NCBI GenBank assembly: GCA_051362555.1
Contig: CM120649.1
Coordinates: forward strand, 11,904,001-11,968,000
Direction: 5' to 3'
From: Lingula anatina
Taxonomy: Eukaryota; Animalia; Brachiopoda
Length of the DNA stretch: 64,000 nt
Shown: piece after piece, positions 1 to 17,508 of the stretch
Numbering within the stretch: the first letter of the stretch is position 1
Layout of the letters: each line of letters begins with the position of its first letter
Notes under the pieces: model-generated
The model's input: the letters and a program-made list of their open reading frames with translations, nothing else
Told to the model about the DNA's origin: nothing
Database searches by the model: none
Translations under genes and position numbers: made by a program

Positions 1-1485
1 CATTGTGTACAGTGTACGGCTACAAATAAGCAGAGGGAGAAAGGCTTCTTTTCACCCAAAGAATACAAAATGCACTTAGCTGCAATAGTTGTAAATATTG
101 GATTTGGAAGTCCTTTCTTTTACAATAAATCACATGTTCCTTCAAAACTCAATGACACAGAGGTAATTTGATTGCCATTTTCTTAAATATAAGTACCATA
201 GAAGTGTTGAATCATCACAGCATATGAGTAAAATTCATTATCAGAAGACTTTTTTACATTCAGTTTTCTCATATTACAGTAATTTGCTGATGACTTGGTA
301 ATATACTGGACATCTACAACTAATGAATTGGGTTTTAGCTGCCGTCTACCAGAACATAAATTTTCTGAATGGCTGATTCAATCTAATGTAAAAAAAAAAA
401 AAAATCAGTAACAACATCATTTGCAGCTGCAGGGAGATTAAACACATGGTATATCGTGGTATATCTGATGTAGCCTCCTGATCTGAAACGAATCTTCTGG
501 AACAGAGGTTTTCTTTGGTATTTTCTGAAACCTATATGAACATTCTTGTGGAAATTCATCTGTGTAGTCTTTTGATCATGTTATAAGATTAATCTTTTCA
601 TGGCCCCTCATGGTATGGTATGGGGTGGGGTGGGGGGGGGGGTGGGTGGGCGGGGTGGGGGGGGTGGGGGTGGGGGGGTAAGGTGTCAACACCAATTGGC
701 ATAATAAATTATACAAAACCCACATTGCCCAGTTTTCTGAAACTTTCTTCTATGCCTAAAGAAGCCCTTATTATAAATTCAGAATGATAAAATTGGGGGG
801 TGTCAACCTACATGTATATCCATGCCCACAACCCAAGGCTGAACCGAGAGGGGATGAGACACCAATTGTCTCACATATAACATATAGAACAGCACTATTA
901 CTGAGACATTAGTGAACAGTGCTCAGTCTTATAGTAACGCACACCTTGGAAGGTCACGGAATGACCAAAAGCTCTATAAGATACAGCTTTGATTGTAGGA
1001 TCTGAAAAGTTAAATTTTGTAACACTCTATGTACATTGTTTGAGTCAAATATTTGTGCAACACGAAGAAAATTTTCAGTCCCAATGTGACCATGTTAGGA
1101 GGCAGGCATCTATAGTGCAACAGTTTCCCTTTATCTCTGATCCATTCAAGAAAACCCACTTAGTCTACTTCTCAATTCACAACTTAAAAAAAAAAGGATT
1201 TCATGCATAATTTTCTTAGATACCAGTAAGTCCTGTGGAGAGATCAGATCATCAAAACTGTGATATGAATAATGTTTCAACTTTAGCACCACCCTTAGCA
1301 AAATTTCATGGCTGCCGCAAACAAGCAAGCAAGTTCTTGCCAAGTCATTGTTCAGGAGAATAATGTTTTTTTAACCCGTTTCTGAATCAAAAATATATAT
1401 TGATGCCACTTTAAATGCTACAGTAAGCATTGCATCTATCAGAAATCTGGTTTAGCTAGCGGTAAATAAAACAGTCCAAGTTAAT

Positions 1486-4400
1486 TTATTTGGATTTTTC
1501 ATCTGCTTCTTCATTTGCCTTCTGTATTTTTCTCCTCTGGAAGCCAGATAAGTTGATATGTCCTCCTTGAAAATATTGAAAAAGATATTTTAGCTTCATG
1601 CAATTTGTGAAAAATATACATTAATCCAATATTCAAATGTTTTAAAACTAACTTTAAAAAAATTATAGAGGCAACAAATAATATTACAAGATTATATATC
1701 TCAAAAATAGCAAAAAAAAAAAAAAAAAAAAAAATTGAAACAGACATGGCACTTCTAGAAGTCACATGCATGCATATCTTTTGGTGCAATAAATTATACA
1801 AAACCCGAATTTCCTAGTTTACTGAAACTTCATTCTATACCTTAAGAAACCTTTATTCTAAATTCAGAATGATAAAATTGGGGGGAAAAAAGATAAAATA
1901 CAAACCTTTAGCTGCATCCACTAGGTACAACAGTACTGATGCTATTAAGGCAACTAAAAGAGAAAAAAAAAGAAGTTGCTATAATGTTAAGTCACTTTCT
2001 AAGGTGTTACAATGCATTGTGTTTGACATTGTGCTTATAAGTGAACCTTGGCACTGTGCCTAACTTTGTTTTGTTTGGCATTGTTTTTAGTCAGGCATTG
2101 TGTTTTAACACACTTAAAAGTGTGACAATTTGTTAATTATGACATAGTGTTTGGTGGAATTTGGTTCAGAGTGGCATTGTATAAATTTGACTTTGTGTTA
2201 GGTGAAATATTGGTTCATTGTGACACTTTGTTAGGTGTGATGTTGTGCCAAGACTTACATACACAGGGTGGAGTGTGAAACTTTATCAGGTGTGACATTG
2301 GACCAAACACTGTGTGTAATCCATTATATAAATAATGACATACATTTTGTTAGGTGTGACACTGTACTAAGCATTGTGTTGGGTGTGACACTGTGACACT
2401 TACCACACAACCATATGAGGAAGAACACTTCTAACACCAGATAACCTTTGGAGTCCAGAATCATGCCGGACACCATGGAAATCACCGCCAGACCCAGGTT
2501 TTGTACAGCTTGCATACTGCAAATAAACAAATAAAATATAAGAAAGAAAGAAATTAAGATTTTTATGATACAAAAAGTATAAAACCTAGCTCTAGAAGAT
2601 TAGTGATAATTTTTTGATATTAATAGGAAAGGTGTCCATACTGCTTCAAAACTGTCTGGAGTACTGTGTATTTTGCACATATGGCCCCAGCAACTATTGA
2701 GGTATCTGCATGGGTGGTATAAACTAACAATGAAGATGTCTAACAACTTTATATTACACTTCCTATTTAACAAGATAAAAAACAACTTGATTTCAAATCA
2801 TGAAAAAGAAAAATATCCAAAATATCCAAGATCACAGTTTAGATATAAATAAAAGAAAATGACAATGAATTATGTGCAAGTAAACAAACACCAAATGCTA
2901 TGGAAAATAGTTGCAAATATCTCATTTCTTTTTAGATTTATAGAATGCGTGCTCAAATTAATATATTTTCCGGCATCAAACTTACATCCCATAAGCTGTT
3001 CCAAGCTGATGTTCAGGCACTACCATGGCAACGATAGGCCACAATGCACTGGCCAAAATGGAGTAAGAAAATCCCATAATCACCTGAAAAAATGTTTTAA
3101 AATCGTAAAATCAATATGACAACAGTCTATGTTTTGAATGTACAACTTTAATCAAGACAGCTGATGAAATAAAAAAAAGATTATTGCTCAATCATTGTTT
3201 AGGAATTTTTAATGCGATTTTCACCACAGTAACAGAGTGGTGGCTTTGAGAATATTAAAGCACCATCATGATTATGAAACATAAAATAACATGATTCATG
3301 TTACTCAAAAATCCTGCTTACTTGCACACATACATACATTGGTATTAAAACAAATTGCTTATTTTATATAAAACAATAATTCCTTATATAAAAGAACCAA
3401 CCATGGGAACAAAAGGATTTATCCAGGTAAATGCAAGACAGGCATGGCAAGCTAACGTGATGATGACCCCAGTGATAACCCAGAAGATATTCTTGCCTAG
3501 CTTGTCTATACAGAAACCAAACAGAGGGGAGGCACCCGCTGAGATGATATAAACAACACTGAAAGAAAAATAAATAACATAAAACTAAAGCATTCTTTAT
3601 AAATACATGTTGATATATAATATCTGCAAATTCAGGTAAGATGGAAAATTAAGAAGTTAGCCAATATCGCCTTTGAAACTCCAGATATGCCATATGAAAT
3701 GTTAAAAGGATAACAGTTACTGTCATAATTTTAAAATTTAATAAATATAACATAAACAGATAAAACTTAGCTGAATACTTTTCATTTTTAATCAGAGTAA
3801 ACTACCAGTAGCTTATCAGCAACTGTAAAAGCATATCAACAATGTGAGCCAACTGGAGAAAATATTCTATGAATTTATTTTAAAGACTACACCAGTCATA
3901 CATAAATATTAAATACAAAGAAGCACATACCTATTACAAGCACTTGCTGCACTTGGAGAAAGTCCAAATTTCATTTCAAAGAAAACTCTGAAAGACAAAA
4001 ATTACAAGAGTAAAAGCAAAGGCTGGGGTATTTCTTCATTTCTTTCACTGTGCTTTTACTTTTCACTCAATTTTAAATTTAATTTAATTATTGGACAACA
4101 GAGGGATAATATTGACTATTTAGAGTGACCTTATCATACATGCTATTTCATTAATCAATCCCAATTCAAGTAGCAATAGTATACATACCACAAACTTTAT
4201 CTAAATTTCTATATTATAGCTTCCCAGGCTTTAGTAATTTAGTTTAATTTATATCAAACCCATGTTTTAGCAATGCATACATGTAGTTTATAACAATACT
4301 GATTGTTCCATGAATGATGATGTGTCCAAGTATCAACCATAAAACTATAAATGGTAATTACCCATCATTGCTAAAATAACTTATAAGTTAGAAAGAGAAT

Positions 4401-5704
4401 GGTATACTATGCTACGATTTTGATTGTATAGCTTTTAGTAATTTATATTTAAGACGGCATGTCTGTATGTATATTTTGTCTGCAGAGCAGAGCAAATGTT
4501 GGGCTTAGTTTAGAAGAACTCATTATAAAATTAGTATTATTATTAAAAACTGGTACTTACAGCCCGAGCCCAATAAAAGGAAATACAGCCACGTAATATG
4601 CCACGCAGATAATACACATCAGCCACACGCTGGCGGGAAAGTCTTTGATGTCTCGTAAAGATATCACTTCTCCTGGAAAGATTAAATTAAAGATAGATAT
4701 ATGAAAAATGCATCAGCCATGTGCTTGAGGAGATAGGGTCGCTGTGTAGTTTATGACATCTGACATTTAAAGAGAGAACAGTTCATCTGAAGATATATAA
4801 TACAAATTTGATATTTTCATATATGAAAAATTAAAAGATATTCATAAAATGTAAAAATAGATCTTATATACACATGTAAGACATACAAATGGCGAATCTT
4901 TAAAATTCTTTAAAATTTCAGCACTTTTCACTAAATCCCCTCAAGTATACCCTATCCAACGGCTCACTGAATTACAATATATAAGCACATAAATATGAAT
5001 AAGGATCAAATATGGCCAACCCACTTGAATGCTTGTTGCATAATCTCTGTGGGGAATCTATTCAGCGTCTAACCAGGAGTTTTTTTAAGTGGGTCACTAT
5101 ATTAGATCTGCAGATCTGTTAGTTTGCTGTTCTGAATGTACCCATAGATGGTAAGTTAAGGGCAAACTGCTGAAACTGCCAAAAATTCACTTTTTGCCCA
5201 TATCAAGATCTACCTTTGAAATTCATTTTATAGCTTAAAATGTGTAACTTAAATGGTAACTGTTGTAACTAAAACAGAAGAGAACATTATGATTTAAATA
5301 TTAATTTTTCTGTTATTTGTGAGTATAATGTGGTATGTCTGAGCTTAAAATATGCCACCAACCTGTTTTTGCTTCTTCTTTCCTGAGGATTCTTTCTAAT
5401 CTTTTGTCAAAATATGCCAATGCGAAGGAACAAAACAAGGAAGCTATACAGAAACCCACACCTGTAAACAGACATTTTATAGAGATCTGGAAATTATCTT
5501 GACAATAAATAAATAAATGAGGAAGCTATAACACAGACAATTTTATACATAATACTTGGACAATTCATACTGTCACAAAATAAATAAATAAATAAATAAT
5601 TAAATAAATAAATAAATAAGGGAGCTGTACAGAAATCAACACCTGAAAATGGACAATTTTATACAATATCAGGAAAATCATACTGACAATAAAATTAATA
5701 AAAA

Positions 5705-5740
<36 letters not shown>

Positions 5741-8080
5741 ACTCACCAATCATGAGTGTGCCTCCTAAAATCACATAACCTTGCTGATCTGGAAATGATT
5801 TCTTCATCGCATCATATAGAGGTTGCATGATATTCATGTTTACTGTACTTCCCTAAAATGTTTAGATATATATAATATATATTCATGTTCTGACAGTTAA
5901 AATAGTACTAGTCTGTCACATATGGATATTGTCATTGAATAAACATCTTGCAGCAACATCTTGCAACGCTGTAACTTTTTCCTTGCATTGAATAACATTT
6001 TTGATAACGATCTAATTTTTTTTTTAGTTTTTTTGTTTTTTGGTAAGCCATTTTTATTTTCTGGACAGACAGATTTCCCTTTGTTTATTTCTTTGTGTAA
6101 TATTTTGGATTGACCACTTACCACTCTTGAGAAACTAAGCTGCAGCCCAAATACCATGTTCAATTCCTTGTCCTTGAACCAGCTGACCGCGTATGTGTTT
6201 TGGGCCACACACAGAGACTCTCCACCAATTCTGAAGATGAAAAATTGTTTAAAATTTGACCAACAATTTTGAGAGCTCAAAGGGTTTATGAGAAGTAAAT
6301 ATCAGTGGTAAACTGTACATGGTTGAGGCTGTTGCAAAAAATGCTCTTTCAAAATGTCAAATTCTGTTTTTTTAACTAAAAAGTGAAAGAAAGTCACTTT
6401 ACGATTTAATTAATGTTAAAATAAAAAAGAATTAGTGTTAAGAACAATTCAAATACTTGTTTCACTATTTACAAAATTTAAATGATTCAAAACAAATAAA
6501 AATCTTTCACATACCCAAATATGAATCTTCCAATATGCATAACAATTGGAAGGTTAAAAAATGCCCCTAATGCAAAGACTACCTGCAAAGAAAGAATTAA
6601 ATAACTATAACTATGTGTCTTTTATATACAAAATGTAGACATAAGTGAAATCCACTTACTAGTACAATAAAAATCAATATCTTTTATCATGATAAAGACT
6701 ATCATAAACTTATGCAATGGATTTTACTATCAAAACAACGTGTTGTGAAAGATCTAAAACAATCTGCAAACATGGTGCTGAAAAATTCAAAATACAGCTG
6801 GATATTTGGACAGGCAGTTATAAAGAGTTTGCCAAACCATAGGACTTTTTGCTAGACTGACTTATATTAGTTAATTCTAAATGATGGGTGATAAAATTGT
6901 AAATTTGTACACTTTTTGAAAAAAATTCAGTCATGGCCAAGAGTATCAGACAATTATTGAGTAAATAAATAAATAAATATCTTAAAATAAATATCATAAA
7001 AAAGAAATACACAAATCTATATAATCAGCAACCTACCTGACCAGCAGTGACAAACAAACTGAAAATAATTGCCCCGAGTCTAATACCAAAGACACGGTCA
7101 ATCAGAAAACCTCCAAAGAAACACAAAATCACATTGGGCCAGGAGTACAGGGAATAGAACAACATGTAAATGGACTCATTGATGTTCAGGTCTTTGAGCA
7201 TAGTGTCCTGCAAGGCTGCTGGGTTGTCATAGCAGAAATAACTCCCTGAAAATACCAAATATCCATAAAAGTAATGGCAACCACCTGTACAAGTACAGTA
7301 TTTAAAAAGAATGTTAAAAAACAAACTACAATGACACATTTCGAACTTAAATGGGACATTTATCAAACATATTTTGTGGGTTTGCACTTAATATCAGACA
7401 TCTGAGATTCATCTACAATAGTCTACATCATCATAATGTTATTCAGATAACCAGAATGAACTATATCTGGTAACAGTGACTGATCCCATATAAATCCTCC
7501 TATACAGTACATGTATGTGCCACTGCGCCCCCACCCTTGGTTTCCCTTCATATGTTTTTGACAGCGGACTAAGCAAACAGAATTCTTCCTCCCCATGCCC
7601 CTTTAAACTCAGTTTTTCTTAGCAGTAGCACCAACACCCCCACCCACAACTCTCGATCTCTCTCTCACACACACACACTCCTTCCATCTCCGCCTTAATA
7701 TAAAAACCCTGGTTCCACAGTTGTGGAAAACTGGAGTTTCTTGGCCTCTATCACGAAATTATAACCACCAACTCCAAAAAAAAAAAAAAACATAAGCTAA
7801 TGTTAATAAAAAGTGGGTAAACATCAACGATCCGAAATACTGAAACTCCCCCACGTTCATTTTATTTGTGGATCATGGATGCAGACGATAAAATAACGCA
7901 TTTCTTACCAAAGCTAAGGAAGCACATAATGATAAGTATAAGGTATTTGTGAAGTGCCCTTCTAGGATCGCATGCCAACGTTCCACCACAGCCTTCGAGG
8001 ACAACATCGTCTTCTGGAACTGCGACAACTGGTCCATTGTCTCTGTCTCCCAACAGCGGCTTCTTTTCCTGGTCCTCCAT
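1486..8080 (-). CDS. MFSD1: Major facilitator superfamily domain-containing protein 1 (lysosomal MFS transporter), ~13 coding exons
   Basis: ATG at 8080 (MEDQEKKPLL, dileucine-type signal). Exons approx 7909-8080, 7037-7245, 6514-6582, 6122-6229, 5746-5852, 5363-5462, 4561-4672, 3931-3987, 3402-3559, 2985-3083, 2404-2516, 1905-1953, 1486-1565 with GT-AG ends. Peptides match MFSD1: CFLSFGSYFCYDNPAALQ, YSWPNVILCFFGGFLIDRVFGIR, GGESLCVAQNTYAVSWF, EHQLGTAYG, MQAVQNLGLA; ends GGHINLSGFQRRKIQKANEEADEKSK-TAA. Confidence 0.93.
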
Positions 8081-8440
8081 CTTGAAGTCATGTGATTGTG
8101 AGTACGATAATCTCTTGGTAGTCTTGTGACATTTGCTAATATACACTATATATCATTTATCTTTTATACGGTATATTCAAATAATATGTGCTGTCTGAGT
8201 ATAAAAATTATGCACAAATATTGCATTTGGTGTATATGATTTATATAACTTTGAATTGCGAGCATTTTGACGATTTATTTCATACTGTAGTTTGGAGACT
8301 AAGAGCCTCGCATCCGACACCGGCACAACTTCCGCTAAGCCGCGAAACAGTGACATGCTCATCAGTCGCAAAGCAATAACATGTAAATAAAGAGAAATAG
8401 AACATCTTTTTTATTGCATTGGTAAACGCATGGTGAGAGG
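8081..8440. promoter_or_regulatory. Bidirectional promoter MFSD1/BAP18
   Basis: Divergent ATGs at 8080 (-) and 8441 (+), 360 bp apart; locally CpG-rich, with an ETS-type core ACTTCCG near 8328-8334. Confidence 0.6.
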
Positions 8441-10294
8441 ATGAGCTCCGCAAGCAAGGTACGATTTTTTGACATATCGCTGAATGGCAAAATTTGAGAA
8501 CAAATCGTACAACTCGGTGCACAATGTCTGTGCTGTGTTGTGTTTTAAACACTGTTTATAATTCAAATCGATAGTGGATTTATTTTAACCAATACTTGTT
8601 TAAATTTATTTATCTATTACAGGTTGGGGAGATCTTCATAGCTGCTGGGGCAGCTTTTAACAGGCTTGGTGAGCTGACCATGCAATTGCATCCTGCAGCA
8701 GAACCAACTCCAAGCAGGTTTGTGTGTGTGTGTTAATTTGTGTGTGCGGAAGGGGGGGGGGGCAAGAGATTTAAACTGGCCATAAAACTGCATCCTGTTG
8801 CAGAAACATCTACTGGGTGATTTGTAAAAGGCAGAGTTTTAAGAGGGGGAGGGGGTGTTGCATTTTTTTCAATATGCAGTGATTCTTAAAACTCTGAAGG
8901 TTGAGAATGATATCATATTTTTTGTGTAATTATCCTAATCATCAGATTTTCATTTTTAATTGCATAGTGGCAAATGGACAGATGCAGAGATTGAAATGCT
9001 GAGGAAAACAGTGAAAAGATTTGGTGAAGACCTGGACAAAATCAGCGATGTCATTAAGTCAAGAACAGTGTAAGAATCGCATCAGTTTGATTTTTATTTT
9101 GATAATTATGTGGGGGAATCAACTTGAAATAATTATCATATGTATTGTACATAAAAACTACTTATCTTGAAGATTTTTTTTCAAAATATATTGTGCATTG
9201 TATATTTATACCTGTTGAGTCATAGTCATTATAAACATCTTCTGTTACTGAAATGAATTAGTAGAGATTTATGTTTTGCATTATATGCCACTTATGAGAT
9301 AAGAACTTAGCTCAACAAGAAAGTAAATAAATTTTTTGTAATTCTCAACAAAAAAAAAAAAAGATCAGCAGTATTGAATAGATATTGATATTTTGCAGTT
9401 CTCAGAAAAAAGCTTAATTGGTTCTCTGAGAACGTAGGTAGATAATAAATAGAAAAATAATGATATTTTACAGTTCTCAAAGAAAAATATTGATATTTTA
9501 CAGTTCTCAAATAAAAGCTCAGCTTCGTAAGAAAGCTTATGAAGATGCTGGACTGCCAGTCCCTGCAGAAGAGAAATCTCCAAAGAAAACTACACAGAAG
9601 CAGCAAGCTTCCGGAAGAGGAGAGCCTCAAGCAAAGAAACAGAAGACAGCTGGTGAGAAACTCTTGGAGATTTTATTACACATTTTCTTTAAAAAAAATA
9701 AAAATAAAATAAAATAAAATAAGATAAAAAAACGTTTCTAAAGCAACTTTATTTAAAGATATGAAGCAAGACTTTTTGACCCTCCACCAAAATGCCTTTA
9801 TCTTGACTCATCAAGCCTCAACTTCAGTTACATTTGATTCATTTTTTTACCATCATTACACAAGAGACAATGATGATAAATGATAAATCTAACATTTCAC
9901 ATCTCACGCTTGGTCAATAATTTCAGAGGTAACATTGAGTGCACTAAATGCACCCGAGGGTGATGTTGATATAGAGGGAATTGGGGACCCTCATCCCAGG
10001 AAACTAGATTTTGATTCAGGTGAGTATTGCCTTAGTGGATTACCCATTTTTGTTTATAAATCCATATGATGTCAAATATTATAACTTTCTATAGTGCACC
10101 AAAACATGTACAGTATGTCGTGTGATGAACCATATCATTCAACCATGTTCTCTGATTACCTGGCCAAACCTCTATCAAGATTTACATGAAAAACATAAGG
10201 CAGTTTACCACAATGAAAATCTAATATCTTTGCAGTTTTTTAACCCAAATACTTATTGATTTATTTCCTAGACGTAGATTCCAGCATGCTGTGA
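8441..10294 (+). CDS. BAP18: Chromatin complexes subunit BAP18 (SANT/Myb-like), 6 coding exons
   Basis: Exons approx 8441-8458 (MSSASK), 8623-8717 (VGEIFIAAGAAFNRLGELTMQLHP), 8968-9069 (KWTDAEIEMLRKTVKRFGEDLDKISDVIKSRT), 9504-9652 (SQIKAQLRKKAYEDAGLP), 9927-10019 (VTLSALN..VDIEG..KLDFD), 10272-10294 (stop TGA). Closely follows recalled human C17orf49/BAP18. Confidence 0.92.
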
Positions 10295-11936
10295 TGAACT
10301 GAAGACCAGAAAGATGTAATCACAGTAAATAACAGTGCCAGTCTGTGCTAGAAGGGACAATAAAAGCTTCCCTCAACTGAGGAGGTTATGTTGTCATCAA
10401 TTTGTTTATTTGATAATGGAACAATATGTCTTGAAATGTTTTTCCAAATTTTGTCTCTTGTTGATATGTTGCTGTAATGAGATTTTTCCATCTATCAGTG
10501 GATTACCAACTTCTTGGGAGCCAAAAATATCACTTTAGAGGTTGATGTAGAGGGCCCCCTGGACCCCCAAGCCATATTTTCAGACTTTTTCACTGAATGG
10601 CAGTTCCATCCCTGTTGTTGTCATTACAAACTTGTAAATACCATGACATAAGTGTAAGATGGGGGCTTTACTCACAGGATGCCATTAGTAATGGAGTTTT
10701 AAAAAATGTTATAAGAAACTGTATGAAGCTTGTTACTTTCAGTTGTTGTGCATAGTTATATGGTATACAAGGTACTTGTTAGTAGTGTAGATTATTAGGC
10801 TGATGTAAATTTGCCTATCCATGTAGATTTATTAATAACAACTTCACTTTTGTATTCTCTGGATTTAGTTACAAATTTAAAGTATTGTAAGCTCTCTGCT
10901 GCATCTGTGGTCTTTTTCACATTGACAGCTTGATGAGCAACTGAACAGTGCTTTTTAATTTTGATTCAAAATTTACCAAATTAAGCCTTGGTATTTTTGT
11001 ATAGTCTTCTTATGCAAGCAAGAACTTTTTGTGTATAGGTGACAGCCCACGGGTCTTTACTGCAGCAAATAGAACTTGGAACAAAAGTCTGTATTTATTT
11101 CTTAAATGAACAGTCTTACAGGCTTTTATTGCCAATCTGTAGCAAGCACACAGCAGGACTTTGGATATATTGTTTAATATTTATTAAGCAGTGTATAGAT
11201 TTCAAATATTGAGATTGACTGAATGTAATAAACACACCTACAAGCATTTACTTATGTCATGCCCTTTAATTGCTCTCTTTTTAAAAATTTCCGTAATATA
11301 CTATTATGAATTAAGACCTATGAAACGTCCCCATTTTTCTTTACTAGATTGTTTCATATTATCACTTTTATTTGCAAAAAAGTGACCTCATAAGACTAAA
11401 AAACTTTTTTAAGTCGCTTTGTCCACCCCGTCCCCCAACACACAGGATTTATTCTTAGGCAAGTCTAAAATTTCCATTTCTAAAGTTTTTTAAAGTTAAA
11501 ATATTACATTTCCAGCTTGCTAAATCTAAAACTAGCCACGCAAGTATTAGATAGATTTAGATAAGTTGTATAAGAGATTTTAGAAAGTTGGATTTACATG
11601 TATAAGAAATTTATTTGTAAAACTGTCAATGCTGGCAATGCTAACAAATTGGAATAGTGTAACAACAATATAATAATTATTTTTATTACTTTATTATTTT
11701 AGCTCAACTTTATTGAAACAGTCAATCCTTGGTGAATAAGTTTTTATCCGACTGATGTGTCGAGGAAACTATCTTTCATAATGCTCTTATTTATCCCAAA
11801 ACAGAAGCCATAAAACCACAATTTTATTAGTTGCAATTCTCAACATCAGGAATTAGTCCAGAATATATATACATCAGCTTTAACAACGTATTTGGTCCTG
11901 AACGAATATTAACTTAGTCCATATTGTTCAGTTCTA

Positions 11937-16858
<4,922 letters not shown>

Positions 16859-17269
16859 CTCTTTTGACAATTAATTGCTCTTGTTTGCAAAGTATCTGTA
16901 ATATACAAAAAAAAGGGGGGTAAAGATTACATTAAAATGCAGGGACGGGTTGAGCAATGATTCGTGTTGATGTGGAGCACGTCTTTTTCTCAGAAACAGA
17001 CAGTTACTGTTTTCGGAAGATAAAAAAGTAAAAGGTTTGAAGTTTTAGGTATATCCGTCTGTCTTAAAATCCCTCTTAATCAGAACTGTGACCTATTCTA
17101 ATTTCTACTAACACATGCCTAAACATAAACAGATCTTTATCATGGAACCTGTATGGAATATACTTGCTCAACGTTACATGTAAACAAATTTTTTAGCATT
17201 AGTCAATCAATCAAGTTTATCTCGCTTGTAACTTTGTTATAACCTTACATTCTGAAACCGCAGCAAAAC

Positions 17270-17325
17270 ATACGTACCGGAAGTGTAAATGAAATCTCGC
17301 GAGACATGCGAGATTTCACTCGGAT
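17270..17325. promoter_or_regulatory. Bidirectional promoter core NKAP/XRRA1 with ETS and TCTCGCGAGA motifs
   Basis: ACCGGAAGTG at 17276-17285 and palindrome TCTCGCGAGA at 17295-17304, lying between the NKAP ATG (16858, -) and the XRRA1 ATG (17509, +). Confidence 0.7.
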
Positions 17326-17508
17326 GTATATTATTTATGTTTTATTTTAGATTTAATTATAAATTAACCTGCCTTAAGTGGCGTTTTGCTTTCAAAATCG
17401 ATTATAAGATTTAGTACATTGAGAATATAAGCATTTGTACTCTATAATTATGAAAATAAAAAGATCGTCTATTTCCGGTAACATTCGTCTCCAGGGTGAT
17501 GTTTCAAA

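Noticed and set aside
620-680. G-run tract with G-quadruplex potential downstream of MFSD1
   Set aside because: Simple low-complexity (GGGGT)n sequence with no evidence of function.
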